Source: Atractiella rhizophila (taxonomy: Eukaryota). Taken from it: DNA of 42,372 nt. The notes below the pieces were generated by a model that made no database searches, was not told the DNA's origin, and was given only the letters and a program-made list of their open reading frames with translations. The position numbers and the translations under genes are program-made. The DNA lies in the NCBI GenBank assembly GCA_021432655.1, contig MU271396.1, positions 32,102 to 74,473 on the forward strand, read 5' to 3'. Positions 1 through 11,832 of the stretch are shown piece after piece. The first letter of the stretch is position 1. Each line of letters begins with the position of its first letter.

Positions 1-2234
1 CTAGTGAGCGCAACTGTGCTCCCAGTCGCGTTGATCGTGATACGATCCGTGTTGAAAAAACGTTCTGGGAGTAATACCACGTCAAAGTTGTCACAAGTCG
101 CCGGTTTGTGATCCGGTCGCCGACTGAGCGCATCTGGTTTTGCGGAGTTCCGCCCAGGACGGTGTAAAAGTGTGAAGTTGAAGGATGCAAGTTCGGTGAT
201 CCAGCGTGCCTGTCGGCAATTCAACTTCTGCGGCATTCTGAAATACTCGAGGTTTTTGTGATCGATCAGGATCAGAAATGGCTCGTCAGTACCTTGTAGA
301 AGGTGTCTCCATTCTTGCAGTCCGCGCATAATCGCGAGCATTTCCTTGTCGTAGGTGTCGTAGTTCCTCTGGGCGGCGTCTAGCGATTTTGACACAAAAC
401 CTAGGGGATGAAACTTCCCATCTGGCTTCATTTGTGACAAAACGGCGCCTGTCGCGAAATTTGACGCATCGACTTCAAGCAAAAATCGCCCTATTTCTTC
501 GGGATGTGCCAAAACGGGCGCCGAAGTCATGAGCTGCTTCAAAGCGGCGAACGAACGTTGCTGATCTACCCCCCAGACCCAGGAAATCTCTTTTTTGGTC
601 AGTTCATATAGAGGTCTCGCGATGTGACTAAATCTGTCGCAAAAGCAGCGATAGAAATTAGCGAAACCGAGGAACATTTGGACTTCCTTCATGTTTTTTG
701 GTTCCGGCCAATCTATAACTCCTGCAACCTTTACTGGATCGGGTTCAATCCCTTTGCTGGTAATGATCAATCCTAGATACTCTACTTCACTTTGACACCA
801 AACACATTTCTGTAAGTTAACGTAAAGTCCATTTTCGCGCAAAATTTGGCACACTTCTCGAACGCGTTCCCAGTGTTCTTCTTCAGTTTCTGTCGCAATT
901 AGGATGTCGTCTATGTATATGAAAATGAACGCAGCGGCGATCATCGCGCGGAAAATAGAGTTCAGGAAAGCTTGAAAAGTCGCCGGCGAGTTGCAGAGTC
1001 CGAAATACATCACCAATGGTTCGAAAAGTCCTCGATTTGTGCGAAACGCCGCTTTGTGTTCGTCTCCTTCTTTGATGCGAACGTTGTTGAACCCTTTCCT
1101 CAGATCAATCTTGCTGAAAAACTTCTTACCAGAAACCATGGAAAAGAGGTCAGCCTGAATGGGGAGTGGGGTCTTGTCTTTGACTGTGGCTTCGTTCAGC
1201 TTCCGATAATCGAAAAGGGGACGAAGTTCAGAGGAGTCTTTCTTGTGCGTGAAGAAAACAGAGGCTCCATGTTCACCTGTGCTAGGACGTATACGGCCGG
1301 CACTTAGTTCGGCGTCAATGAATTGGTCGAGCGCCGCTTGTTCGTCTCTTTTCAAGGGGTAGACCGGGCCCGCATATGGTCGAGATTCGGGTACGAGGTT
1401 GATCGCGTGATCCCAAGGACGTCGGGGGGGAAGAGAAGTTCTGAATTTTTCGTCATCAAAAATGTCTGCAAAATCGGCAATTTGCGTTGGTATTTCAACG
1501 ACATTTCTTGGTCTCATCGCCGCTGCGTCTTTCGCTAGTTTCTGCGATTTTGTCATAGCTGCTCGTATCGAGGTGGATGATGGCGGGAATTGTTCGCAAG
1601 TGGCAGACACGTCATCTGCATTGCAACTGGTAGGGCAACGAGAGAACTCAACTTTCCCTGAGTCCCAGTTGATCTCTGGGTTGTGGTGTCTTAGCCAGTC
1701 GTGGCCTAAAATCATGTCGACAGTCCCTAACTCCGCTACCGCGAATTGCCAAACTTCATGGTGAGCGGCGATCGAAATGGGCAAGTAAGTAACAGAATAG
1801 ATGGATCCTCCTTGGTTGAGGGATCCGTCGATGTTATAAACAGGTACTGGGGAGGGAAGTTGAGTGACAGGTAGGTTGTATGCAGAAACGAGTTTTGGAG
1901 AAATGAAAGAAGTAGTTGCGCCGCTGTCGACGAGCGCCGATGTGGCCTGTCGGCGATGGGAGTGTGGATGGTGGAATGCGGTTCTGAGTTTCGTCTTCGA
2001 ACTGACAAGTGATGCTGTTGTCGAGCGTAAGTGGACTTTGTCGTACATTTTTGCGACTTCTGCGCATCTTTGTCTCCAGGAGGGAAAACGCAATTTCGGG
2101 AATGGGGAGTCCTGCTCTGCTGGGGGGAATACTGTGCTGGGCGGCATTTTGTTGGAAGTGATTTTATGTGACGTAAATGAATTGCAATTCGGCGATGGGG
2201 ACACTTCTTCCACCCACCGCCGTCCTAAAAATCC
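1..2234 (-). CDS. pol: Gypsy Pol polyprotein (aspartic protease, reverse transcriptase, RNase H), partial, runs off the window
   Basis: Manual translation: ALVDSGATTSFIS (protease, ~1928), FIYIDDILIA (RT, ~917), FLEVDASNFATGAVLSQ, YDTYDKEMLAI, DHKNLEYF, KPDALSRRPD (RNase H region). The anchor codons checked (2234, 1928, 917, 134) share one frame, -1 relative to gag. Probably missing from the ORF track because no stop occurs in the window. Confidence 0.93.
2190..2234 (-). promoter_or_regulatory. -1 programmed ribosomal frameshift signal (gag/pol)
   Basis: Slippery G GAU UUU (2234-2228) directly before the gag UAG. 5 nt downstream is a 10-bp stem CGGCGGUGGG/CCCAUCGCCG (2222-2213 with 2199-2190). 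Pol is in the -1 frame. Confidence 0.75.
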
Positions 2235-3535
2235 TCCTCAAGATCTTTCGATTGGGTAGCACCCGTTTTCGGCGACTGGTCAGCGAATTGTCCGGAATGT
2301 CGTTCCTGGTGCATCATTTTCGAATCAAAATATTCCCCTTGGGCCCGAAGATATTGCTCCTTGTTCATAATCGTTCTACACTCCCTTTCCCGGTGTCCTA
2401 TCTTTTGGCATCGCCTGCAACGGGGAGGTCTAGACTTTGTCGCGTCGACTTCCATGTCATCGGGGTCTTTGGCCCTATGAGCGTGTGGAGCGGCGTTGGG
2501 TGACGGATCGGCGACCGGTGACAAGGCGGCGCTCGGTCGATACGATACAGGCGTTCTGTTCTCCCTGTGCTTTGGGAATTTTGAGCTATCTCTTTTTGCA
2601 GAAAATGTATTTTGTGGTCCGTCTTTCGCCGAGGGGATGTTTCGAAAGAAGGTTGAATGAGCAGATTCTTCCGCATCAATTCGCCGAGATTTTTCTTTCC
2701 AGTCCTCCAGCGATTTTGGGAACTCCCCCTGGGTTACTTTGAGGTGTAGGGCAGGATTGAGTCCTCGTTTGAAGAAAAAAATGAGGGCTTCATCATCAAA
2801 GTCAGCTTGATTTGCCAATTCTTCAAACTTGATGATGTAGGTTTCTAGGTTCCCTTTTTGTTGGAGGGATGATATTTTCGTCTGCGCAATGAGCTTGTGG
2901 TCTGTCTTGCACAAACGCGCTTTGAACTCCGACAAAAATTGTTCCCACGAAATTTGTTCCTCGTTTTCGACAAGTCGGCGCAAAATCCCGGCGGCGAATT
3001 TTTCCGCATCCCCTTCTTTCATGTAAGAAAGGGTAAATAGGATTTTCGATTTTTCGGTCGGGAATTGGCCAGGAACTGTAGACGTGTAGACGTAAATTTC
3101 GCGTAAAAATGTCGGAGCTGTGTTGGGCACTCCTTTGAAGATTGAAGGTGGGGCAAGTTTGATACCTGCATATGGTGCAACTTGGACAGTTTGGGGTATA
3201 GAGGGAGAAGGGTAAGCCTGAGGTGTTGGGTCTGTTCGCGATAAAAAGGGGGAAGTGGTTCCACTATCTCTAGGAGGAGGTAGTCTGGAGTCTAGCAATT
3301 GTAAAATTCGGTCATTTGTGTTTTGGACGTCGGACCTCAGTTGCGCAATTTCGTTCGCATTCTGGGAGGTTTGCGCATTTTGTTGCTTGAAGCTTGATAT
3401 GAGGTCTTGTTCGAGTTTTTTGAATTGCTTTTCAGTTGTGAGGTGTAGAGTTTGGAACATCCTTTCTAAGTGCTGGATGCGTTCTTCGCTCGTCGGCGGT
3501 TCGCGCGTTTCCATGTCTCCCCAAACTTCCGACAT
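2225..3535 (-). CDS. gag: Gypsy Gag protein
   Basis: ORF 2225..3592 with first ATG at 3535. Retrotransposon-gag-like core (SKILFTLSYMKEGDA...YIIKFEELA...FFKRGLN), PDDMEVD motif and CCHC knuckle CRRCQKIGHREREC. Confidence 0.92.
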   Translation of the reverse strand: MSEVWGDMETREPPTSEERIQHLERMFQTLHLTTEKQFKKLEQDLISSFKQQNAQTSQNANEIAQLRSDVQNTNDRILQLLDSRLPPPRDSGTTSPFLSRTDPTPQAYPSPSIPQTVQVAPYAGIKLAPPSIFKGVPNTAPTFLREIYVYTSTVPGQFPTEKSKILFTLSYMKEGDAEKFAAGILRRLVENEEQISWEQFLSEFKARLCKTDHKLIAQTKISSLQQKGNLETYIIKFEELANQADFDDEALIFFFKRGLNPALHLKVTQGEFPKSLEDWKEKSRRIDAEESAHSTFFRNIPSAKDGPQNTFSAKRDSSKFPKHRENRTPVSYRPSAALSPVADPSPNAAPHAHRAKDPDDMEVDATKSRPPRCRRCQKIGHRERECRTIMNKEQYLRAQGEYFDSKMMHQERHSGQFADQSPKTGATQSKDLEEDF

Positions 3536-3620
3536 TTTTAAGTTTTGCTGTTCTGAAAGGTAAGGAGAGTATTCTTCTGTTAGGGCTAACACTATGTGCG
3601 GTCGCCGATAGGCAATGCGT

Positions 3621-3693
3621 CTGTAGTGGAGGTAAACCTAAGAGATAGTATGGCATGAGAAGACTAACCTGTAGTGGAGGTAAACCTAAGAGA
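3621..3693. repeat. 25-bp perfect direct repeat at the LTR/leader junction
   Basis: CTGTAGTGGAGGTAAACCTAAGAGA at 3621-3645 and 3669-3693. CCACTACA (3711-3718) is an inverted copy of its TGTAGTGG start. Confidence 0.9.
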
Positions 3694-4064
3694 ATACTCT
3701 GAGGTCACTACCACTACATCTCGATGTATATATACATATTTAAAAGCACTGCCATAAACTGTAACATATGATTCTTGAAACATGTAAGATAGCTAGATCA
3801 GGAAAGCAACAAAGGGAATACGCGGAAATGAGGCATGTTGAACAGTACAAGTGAGAAAGGATAATAAGGCAATAATGGAGACGGTGCAGACCGGCGAAAT
3901 ATATAAGGTTTGCTGAGCGGCGATTCGTGTAAGATAGGGAAAGCGGCGATCAGCGCGTACGTGAGCAAAGCGGCGATGGGGGGCACGTGATCCCATAACG
4001 TCGTGAAGTAGGTCACGTGACTTCGTGTGGTGCATTTCGATAATGCGTAGGGGCAAGCCTGACA
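3670..4064 (-). repeat. Putative 5' LTR (~395 bp; the inner boundary could instead be 3622)
   Basis: Minus strand reads TGTCAGG...CCACTACA (TG...CA). TATA-like CTTATATATTT near 3900 and CACGTG motifs in U3. The outer end coincides with the point where the neighbouring transposase-like frame is cut. The second LTR is not in the window, so the boundary cannot be confirmed by alignment. Confidence 0.6.
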
Positions 4065-5262
4065 TGGAGTCATTCGTGGAATGTCTATCCATTCTAATCG
4101 ACAGGCTCCTAGCCTTGATATTGCACGGTCTTTTGCTTCTTATAGCCGAGTCCAACATATTTTCAGTGGAGGATTTTGGAAGGACAAGATGACTGGGAAG
4201 TGGGTTCAAGCCGGGAAGGGTGTACGAACAATATTTCAAAATCCAAAGGTTCAACTTCTTCTGGGGCTGGCTATTAACATGGAAGTGCTGGAGCCTAGAG
4301 ATCGTACTGGTGAAATCAAGATTGCTCCACAAAACAAACAGCTAAAGGCTGAAGACACTGAGTTGGCGCACATTCCTTCAAGTATACTTCTTGATACTAC
4401 CCTCAGTGGCAACAGAAGTTCATTTCTCCATTTCTCTCATCAAATTGTCTCGTCAGTAATCGTCAATAAAGACGAGCCTATTCATGCTGGGTCCTGGGAT
4501 CTAACTACGGCCATGGATTCTCAAGAGTTTCCAATGGTTGCAAAGGTTGTCAAGATATTACGACTGGAGCAGCAAACACCATATGGATCCAAGTCAAGCC
4601 TCTCTATCCTTGCACTTCCTTATGCAGTCGATGCTATGCACCCTCGCTTCTACATGCCAGTTCTTGCACCAACATCAGCCAAACCATTTCATTTGCCATT
4701 AAATGTGATCATGGCACCTGTCAATGTCCAGCATGCATGTGATCTGATGCTCTGTGGTGCGACTGGAGAAGCCATGGTCCGGCAAGAACGGCTGCAGTCC
4801 AATAGAAGAAAAGCTATCATTGAGCATAAACATGGCACAACAAAAGATTTTTGGATCCTGAACACCTGTGCCTTCCGCAACAGCGAGTTCACAGACCCAT
4901 ATTGCGTCGCTTTCCCTCTCGAAAGTCGCTCAGAGGTTGTTGACAAAGCTCTGGCATGCTATAACAAACTCAAGGAAGCAGAAAATGCGCTCACAAAAGC
5001 ACGCAAATCACTTCAAGGGAGATCACAGCATATCCTTGTGGACGGCATTGATATCTCAGGCATCAACTACACAGACCCAGGATTTGACTGCAGTACTCCT
5101 ACTATCGCCCAACTCCGTGCTATCCTCACACTTTACGGAGTGGCTACACCAAAGGGGAAGCTCAAAGTCGGTCTCTCTTTGCATTCTAAGAAGATAAGCA
5201 CCTCACATAGAAAATTTCCAGTCCTTTTACATACTCCAGCTGACAGAAAAGCTGGCACATGA
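4065..5262 (+). mobile_element. C-terminal part of a large fungal DNA-transposon-type (CACTA/CMC-like) protein, interrupted by the Gypsy insertion
   Basis: Frame reads GVIRGMSIHSNRQAPSLDIARSF...HIFSGG and later PVNVQHAC...C...VRQER...IEH. I recognise these motifs from basidiomycete transposon-derived hypothetical proteins. The superfamily assignment is from memory and not verified. Confidence 0.55.
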
Positions 5263-7436
5263 GCGTGCACGTGAAGCGGAGAAGGGAGAAGATGCGGATG
5301 TGCAAGGAAGCGAGAGAGTGCAAGTGCCAGCAGATCTGGAGGGTATGGTGGTAGATTGAGAAATGAACTATGTTTCATCATTCTACTTGTGGCAGCCAGC
5401 TTGGGAGGGCAAGAAAGCACAGTGCTTTCACAAGTGCGAACCACATGAGTCATGGGCCACAAGCCGCTCGCGCTCTCCTTCTGGACGTGCGTGTGTTATT
5501 TGTCCGCGACGCCGTTGCCCTTGGCCTGTTTCATGAGTTTTTGCGAAATTCAATCACAATTTCCGCGTTTTGCATTTCATTTGAGCCCTGGAAGTACTGA
5601 AATTAACGCATCGAAACCGAGAGTCTACTTCTTGTAACCCCAAACTCGTTTTGGGAGTCATTGAGGCTTTCTTTTGAACCTCGTTAGAATCAGAATTTCT
5701 ACGACACTAAAGACACTTTGTGGTGCATGCTGTGGGATTCGCTTTCTGAATACATTCTGGATTCGATCATGGCTTCGGCAGTTCGCGTTTATTTCAAGTC
5801 GTCGGAGGATTCAATTTAGCGCATCAAATTCTGGGAACTTCTTCCGAGCACCTACAGACTCGTTTTGGGAATTGCTGGTGGCATCCCTTGGACTCCCACA
5901 GATTTTGAATTTCCTGGACGCCAAAGGCACTTTGCCGTGTAGTCACTTGCTCATTGCTATGATCACATAACTCTGCACCATCTGTAACAATGACAATGTC
6001 TGTACCTTGTGCCAGATCAAACTTGTCTGTGCAAGACTGTCTAACTGTTTGTTCAAGACAGCTCGAAAAATGCAAATCATGCCCGAGGGATCTCGCACGA
6101 GACGAACGAGAGTTTCTATTGGTTCTCGCGCCATGATTTCAAGTACATCATTTTCCGTGAGTCCAGCGCTCTTTGCACGCTTCGATCCATTGTCCGTGTC
6201 CGTGCAGCACGGAGCCTTGCACAGAGCCGTGCCATCAATCTCTCAGGGAAGTCACTTAGTGAGCAGAATCTGACCGACGGTCGGGGCACAATATTCAATG
6301 ATAATACTACAGTGCCGAACATGATCCAATATTCGTGTTCTGTCTAATGACTCATGCCAGCCAGATGAGGGCAGGATGGAGATAGAGACGTGCGCAAGTA
6401 ATCTCCGCCTAATGGTCAACTGGAACGGGTGGGACCCATGGCTCCTCTGGACTGACCAGGACAGGTGACACTTCAATTGAATGGAACGCACGAGTCCCAT
6501 TGTCGGCCAACAGGGCACATCAGGTTGCCAATCCAACCAACTGCAGACCCCAGTTCATCGTTCAACGTTTCAACCCGAACTTCCCTTTCATAGCTCTCGT
6601 ACTGATGTTGAACGTTGAACTAACCTGAGGCGGCGGATATGCCTGCCTCGGATCCGTCGCCATTTCTCATGTTTCATCTTTTGTGGAAACCATGCATCAG
6701 TCGCGGCGGTGTTCATTCGTAAGCTAGCGAAACGGCTCCACAAGATATACAGCTTGATACTGGACCAGTTGACGTGAGAGTTAGGAGTTAACGGCATCGA
6801 AGTTGAGAGGGTCCAGAATAAGGAGATGTGCGGAATGAATGTTTTATCATCGTGAGTGCATCAATTCTTAATGACTCTTGCGCTCGCCAAGTTTACTCAA
6901 AGTGCATCGTTTAAACGCGCACTTATTGAGACTCTTTCGCCATCCTTCTTGCTCTTTGCCCAGACGTTAGTCGGCATGGATTTGTTACGCTTGTTAGGCA
7001 GGCCAGCTTCGTTAATGTAACGGAGAAGTGAAGCAATTGAAACGTTTTGTATGAATCAACTTGTTTGTTTCTCACTTTGGATCGTGTCCCAGGACTGGAA
7101 GTGATGTAAGCGGATCGAAACGAAGGACAGAAAGGTTGACTTTAGTTTGGATTTGCTGATGCTTCCTTGTAGGGTACAACCAAGTTTGACCCACTCGTGA
7201 TGGCATGAAGAGTAGAAATTGCAGCTTGAGCAGTCTCCTTTATTCAGATTGTCCTGCTTCGAATAGAAATAGGCGAGAAGAGAATCAGATGAACTTAATT
7301 AGTTTCACGCATACAGTCTCAATATCGTTTCTGGGAGAAGGGGAACGACAATAGATGAAGCACGTTATGACCTTGGAAAAGACGAGGTTGTTCTTAGCGG
7401 AGCAGGCACAGCGATTCCATCTCCCATGATGTCGGT

Positions 7437-7704
7437 TTAATTGGGAGCGGCTTCCGAACAGTGTCCTACCCAATTCCTCAGCACAATTCAGCAGAAATGA
7501 TAAAAGTGAAAGGTGTACGGGCAAGCAACTTAGCAAGGACAGTCAACACCATTTTTTCTGGGATGACATGTTGTTCTCCATACAGCTCGATGATGTAGCC
7601 TCCCTCTGACTTTCCCTGCAAAGCGACGTCGGATGTGTCACTGAAAGGAGAAGATGGAAACTAGCCACAAATCTCCACGGGTTGCTGTGCAAGGAGCCTT
7701 CCAT
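7437..7704 (-). CDS. Microprotein family copy A (54 aa): MEGSLHSNPWRFV|GKSEGGYIIELYGEQHVIPEKMVLTVLAKLLA|RHCSEAAPN
   Basis: Exons 7704-7666, 7615-7519 (97 nt), 7465-7437. Introns of 50 nt (GC-AG) and 53 nt (GT-AG). TATAAAA at 7798-7792. Homologous to the six other copies. Confidence 0.75.
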
Positions 7705-9148
7705 CAACTTGAGAGTTCAGGCGTAATCGGTAGATTTTGAAGGAGTAGCTAAGGGTCTTGAAGAGAGTAAGAGGGCCATCTCTGCAGCTCCTTTTATATG
7801 CTCATCCTCCTTCGTCTGGTAGTTGAAGAATCAGTTGACTTTCAACTGTCAAGCAAAAGTTCTCTAAGCTCCGGTGTTTCTCCGTTCAAGTTTGCTCAAA
7901 GAAAGTCGTATCAACTTTTCTCGTCCCCCTGTCGCCATTGTCTGGATGCTTTGCTCCACTTTTCCCCCGTTCACACCATGCCCGACCCCGATTGAATTGA
8001 GCAAAGCTGCACCAGCGCCACACCAGGTAGAGATTGTTCAAACATTCATGTGAACGCTCGTTCAAACGCTCAATTCCTGTCCCCTGTGCATTTCGACGGG
8101 ATACCGCGCACGCACGAGAGGAACGAGGAAACAGCGATCGTTCGGGAAGGGACACATTGAATTGTTTGAAACATACTCAACACTGTGTTTGCAGGCAGGG
8201 ACGAAGTGTACAGGCTTTGCCATGTCAAGAATTGTCCCGACTGTCTTGTCAATTGTAGGAATGGTGATCAACGTCCTGAAAAAAACGAGATGATCCATAT
8301 CATTGTACGCTTGCTCGGACGTATTCGTGGCTTCTTCCGAGTCTCGTTCTGCAATGATCCTTAATGTTATTGTCGCGTCTCTGAATACTAGTCTTGCGGT
8401 GTTCAATCCAATGCGAGCACCAGCCGACCCACGAATTCCAACCAACTTCGTCAATCTGGGTCCAGAATGTTATTCTGCTTGCGCACCTCCCACGATCGTA
8501 GGCCTATCGTCAAGCATACCCTTATTGGCCGCAGTTTGAGGACGAAATCGATATCCTTCGGCACCAAATGGATTGCAGTTTCGACTGGTCGACACCTATC
8601 GGTACGGTCACGACAGTCTGTGGCCGGGTCCTAGAACTTAGATTATCCATCACTGGCTTGTGATTGAGCTATCATTCATATCGTTGTTTACTGTCTGCTT
8701 CCCGTCGTCGCTTTCGCTCTGTCCTCCCACACTGGTGGCTGATCGAGATCTAAGACATGAAGTTGGCTCCAAATTGCCCCCAATGATGGTGGATAGCAAT
8801 GGCAGATCGAGTTGCGATATTGAAAATGGAATGTGTTGTGAGCCAGTTAACTTGGATGTTGTTCTCTCTACTAGTAGGGCCAATTTGCCACATCCAAGTC
8901 TGAGAACTCTTTGGTCCGTACCATCTACTGGCTACTTGCAATTTGGATGTCATCTAGTTATGTATTATGGATGATCTTGGATGATCCTGCCTCTGCGAGT
9001 GTTTCAGAATGAGTCGCCACCATGACCCACCGTGCACGCGGACTCGGAGCCACCGCGAGGCTTCCCTCTTAACCTCTGAACCGTTCCTACTGCTTGCTAA
9101 TCTCAACCGAAATTTTCCATCAATCTACCTCTTGGACGGGTTAAAAGG

Positions 9149-11029
9149 ATGTCAAGCTTTCTTCGCAGACGCTCTTCCTCCCAATCCTACAGCGTCAGCA
9201 TCAAACATGATCCCTTTGCCTACCCGCCGTCATCCGGGCCATCATCTTCCTTCTCTCCATCGACAGAACACATCCTCCCCATCGCCTCCGAGTACGAAAA
9301 GACGCCGACCTCACCTTCCTTTCCCTCGGCAGGCACTTCGTCGTCCGACACACCTTCCAGAGTCCGCCTCCTCCTCCTGCCAGCCACTTGGCTCGTCCTC
9401 GCCCTCGGAGTAGCCGCTGCTCACCACTTCTTCTACTCCTGGGCTGCCGATCAGCCTGTTGTTGATGTGCCGCTCGAACAGAGATGGCTGCTATCCATTG
9501 GTAACGCGGCGGCTTTCGTCTATGCCATTTGTATAGCAGAAGCTACCAAGATAGGACTAACCAAGCTGCTGTGGTTCGTTCACCTTCCTCATACATCGAC
9601 ATTGGAAGAAGGAGGCTGATTGATGGATGAAGGGAATCGGCGAGGACTGAATATAAAACTCTAGAAGACCACTCAACTGCCTTCTCCCTCGAAGCCTCCA
9701 TCCTTTCCATGCTCAACGGCGCACTATGGAAGTCCGGCAGATTGCTTCTCCTCCTCGCTCTCCTCCTCCGTCTCACCTCCATTCCCGGAATCTTCGTTGT
9801 CCCCACACTAACGGCGCAACTAGTGTCTACAAACACCACCTCGACTTGTTCCGTCCCCATCTTCCAAGCGGGAGAGATAAAACAGGAGGTGGACGAGATA
9901 GAGTACACCTGGACCCTCTCCGGCGTCACAGCCTATGCGCAACCCTCCTCCCTGCTCTCCTCCCTCTCCTCCCGAGTACTCGCATCCTCTTCTCCTCTCC
10001 TCACTCTCCCCTCCTCCTGCCCAGGCTCTTCCTCCGTCTCCAACTGCACCTTCTCAACCACCGTTGATGCGTTGACGTACCAGTGCAGCGGAGAGACGTT
10101 CCAAGGGTACGAATACACCGGACAAACTGTCCTTTATCACGCGGTGGACGCGCCAGAATACAAGGAGGCAGATACGGCTGCTGTGGCGCAGAACGACTGT
10201 TTGTCCATCCGCCTCCCAACCCAGAACGACGCGCTCAAATGTTGCCCTTACCACGCATCCTTCGAGGTCTCAGTGACACAAGAAGGGGCGGAGAGGAATT
10301 CAGTAACTCTTTTGTCTGAGCCGAAGGTTGGGGATAAGTTATGGTCTTATGGAAGCGAGTATGACGTACAGGTGTCGGGGGATGGTGTCGATGGGTTCTT
10401 GACGGATGCCCATTTGTGGGCGGTAAAGGATTCGGTTATGAGGTTGTTGTTGGGGAAAGTCCAAGTGGATTTTGACCAGAAAGTTCCGTCCGTCAATGAG
10501 ACGAGGATCGATGTGACACCGAACAAGGATATGTATGATGCGAGGAATATCGAGAAACCTACGAGCGTAGACGGGCTGTTGAAAACTTTACCAGAGTTGA
10601 TGAACAACATCAGCTGTGCGTTTCCGCCTCTTTCCTTTAAGATGCCGACACTGATTGTGGTTGACAGTGAGCCTGCTCAGTCTGACGCCCTCGACAACAT
10701 CCACATCCTGTATCTCACACCCATACGCCTTAACATACGTTTACACCCCTCTCGTGCTCATCTCCGCCTACGCTCTCGGCCTCCTACTCTCCCTCCTCGC
10801 CGTGCTCCTTGGGACAAAACTGTTTACGCTCCACTTCCCAGCGCAGAACACATTCAAAGATTTCGTGCTTGCCAGCCGGAATTCAGGACTGGATGTACTG
10901 GTGGATGGGAGGGAGGGGACATGGAAGGTTAGGGAGGAAGCGGCGAAGGAGAAGTTGAGGTTGGGAGCCATGAAGGATGGAAGGTTGGCTTTTGGGACGA
11001 AGGAGGAGTTAGTGGATTCGCGTGGTTAG
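9149..11029 (+). CDS. Uncharacterised fungal membrane protein (multi-TM N-terminus, Cys/Thr-rich luminal part, C-terminal TM)
   Basis: Three ORFs joined by introns 9574-9632 and 10616-10667 that keep the frame. Motif AHHFFY...QRW...GNAAAF...W...PTL and a C-terminal YALG TM segment resemble a widespread fungal family of unknown function. Confidence 0.8.
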
Positions 11030-11832
11030 ATACTTCGTTTTTCTCCCACTCGTTCCTCATCTGAGCATTCATTTTGTGTTATCTTATACTTGTCGTAGAT
11101 CCCAGGATTGTGATATATCACGTGGACCACTGTTAGCATTGTTTGCAGAGAATGCTCGCCGTCAACCTTAGATAAGCACAACAGATAGGAATGATCGGGA
11201 GCACGTTCTGCTGCAGATCAACAAAAGGAAGAAACGTTCTTGGGCACTTCTCCACTTGTTCACCGTGTCATAACTTCGTCGAGGAAGGGAGATTGACTGT
11301 TACCAACTAACTTTCCCCCAGTTTCCCCAGAGATTGGCTGAAAGTATTGTCACGCACACATAGGGAGAACTCGCCGGCTCCTCTCGATTCTCTTTCGAAC
11401 CGACATCTCGCCTGGTACCCACCGGCACCGTACCTGTCTTGCCGGCCCACTTATAGATGGTGCTAGCAGCCAATTCTGCCCCTCCAACGTTGTGTCGCCA
11501 TAAAATCAATTATTGACTCTCTGGCGTCAACAATTTATCGAGGTACAGTACATATAGAGCGCTTGGAGTTGTGAGGCTAGCCCATTCGTTGGCTCGAATC
11601 GATATCTCCTTTGGTTTCCATCAGGTTTACAGTCAAGACCAAGTTGGAAGACTTGCGTTTCCATTTGACGCAGTCTATCGCCGCGAAGTGGGAGGGCCTA
11701 GTCTAGCTCTCGTTAGGGAGCTTGGCAGTCAGCTCTAGGCAAGGCTATAAAAGCAGCGAGATTTCTTCTTCATCCACCATCAATCAAACGACATCCTCTG
11801 TTGAACGCCAAAACATCGAGCGAATCCGAAGA

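Larger units (their letters stand above)
1..4064 (-). mobile_element. Ty3/Gypsy (Metaviridae) LTR retrotransposon, 5' part; integrase and 3' LTR lie beyond the window start
   Basis: Order on the minus strand is LTR, gag (CCHC knuckle), protease, RT, RNase H, which is the Gypsy domain order. The pol motifs checked are all in one frame. Confidence 0.95.

Noticed and set aside
972..3563. Many + strand ORFs over the retrotransposon
   Set aside because: Antisense shadows of gag and pol with no independent motifs.
5400..8950. Second transposon gene (RecQ/Academ-like) or other CDS on the minus strand
   Set aside because: Only short protein-like fragments (e.g. 5943..6134, 8062..8454). I found no helicase or DDE motifs and no consistent splice model.
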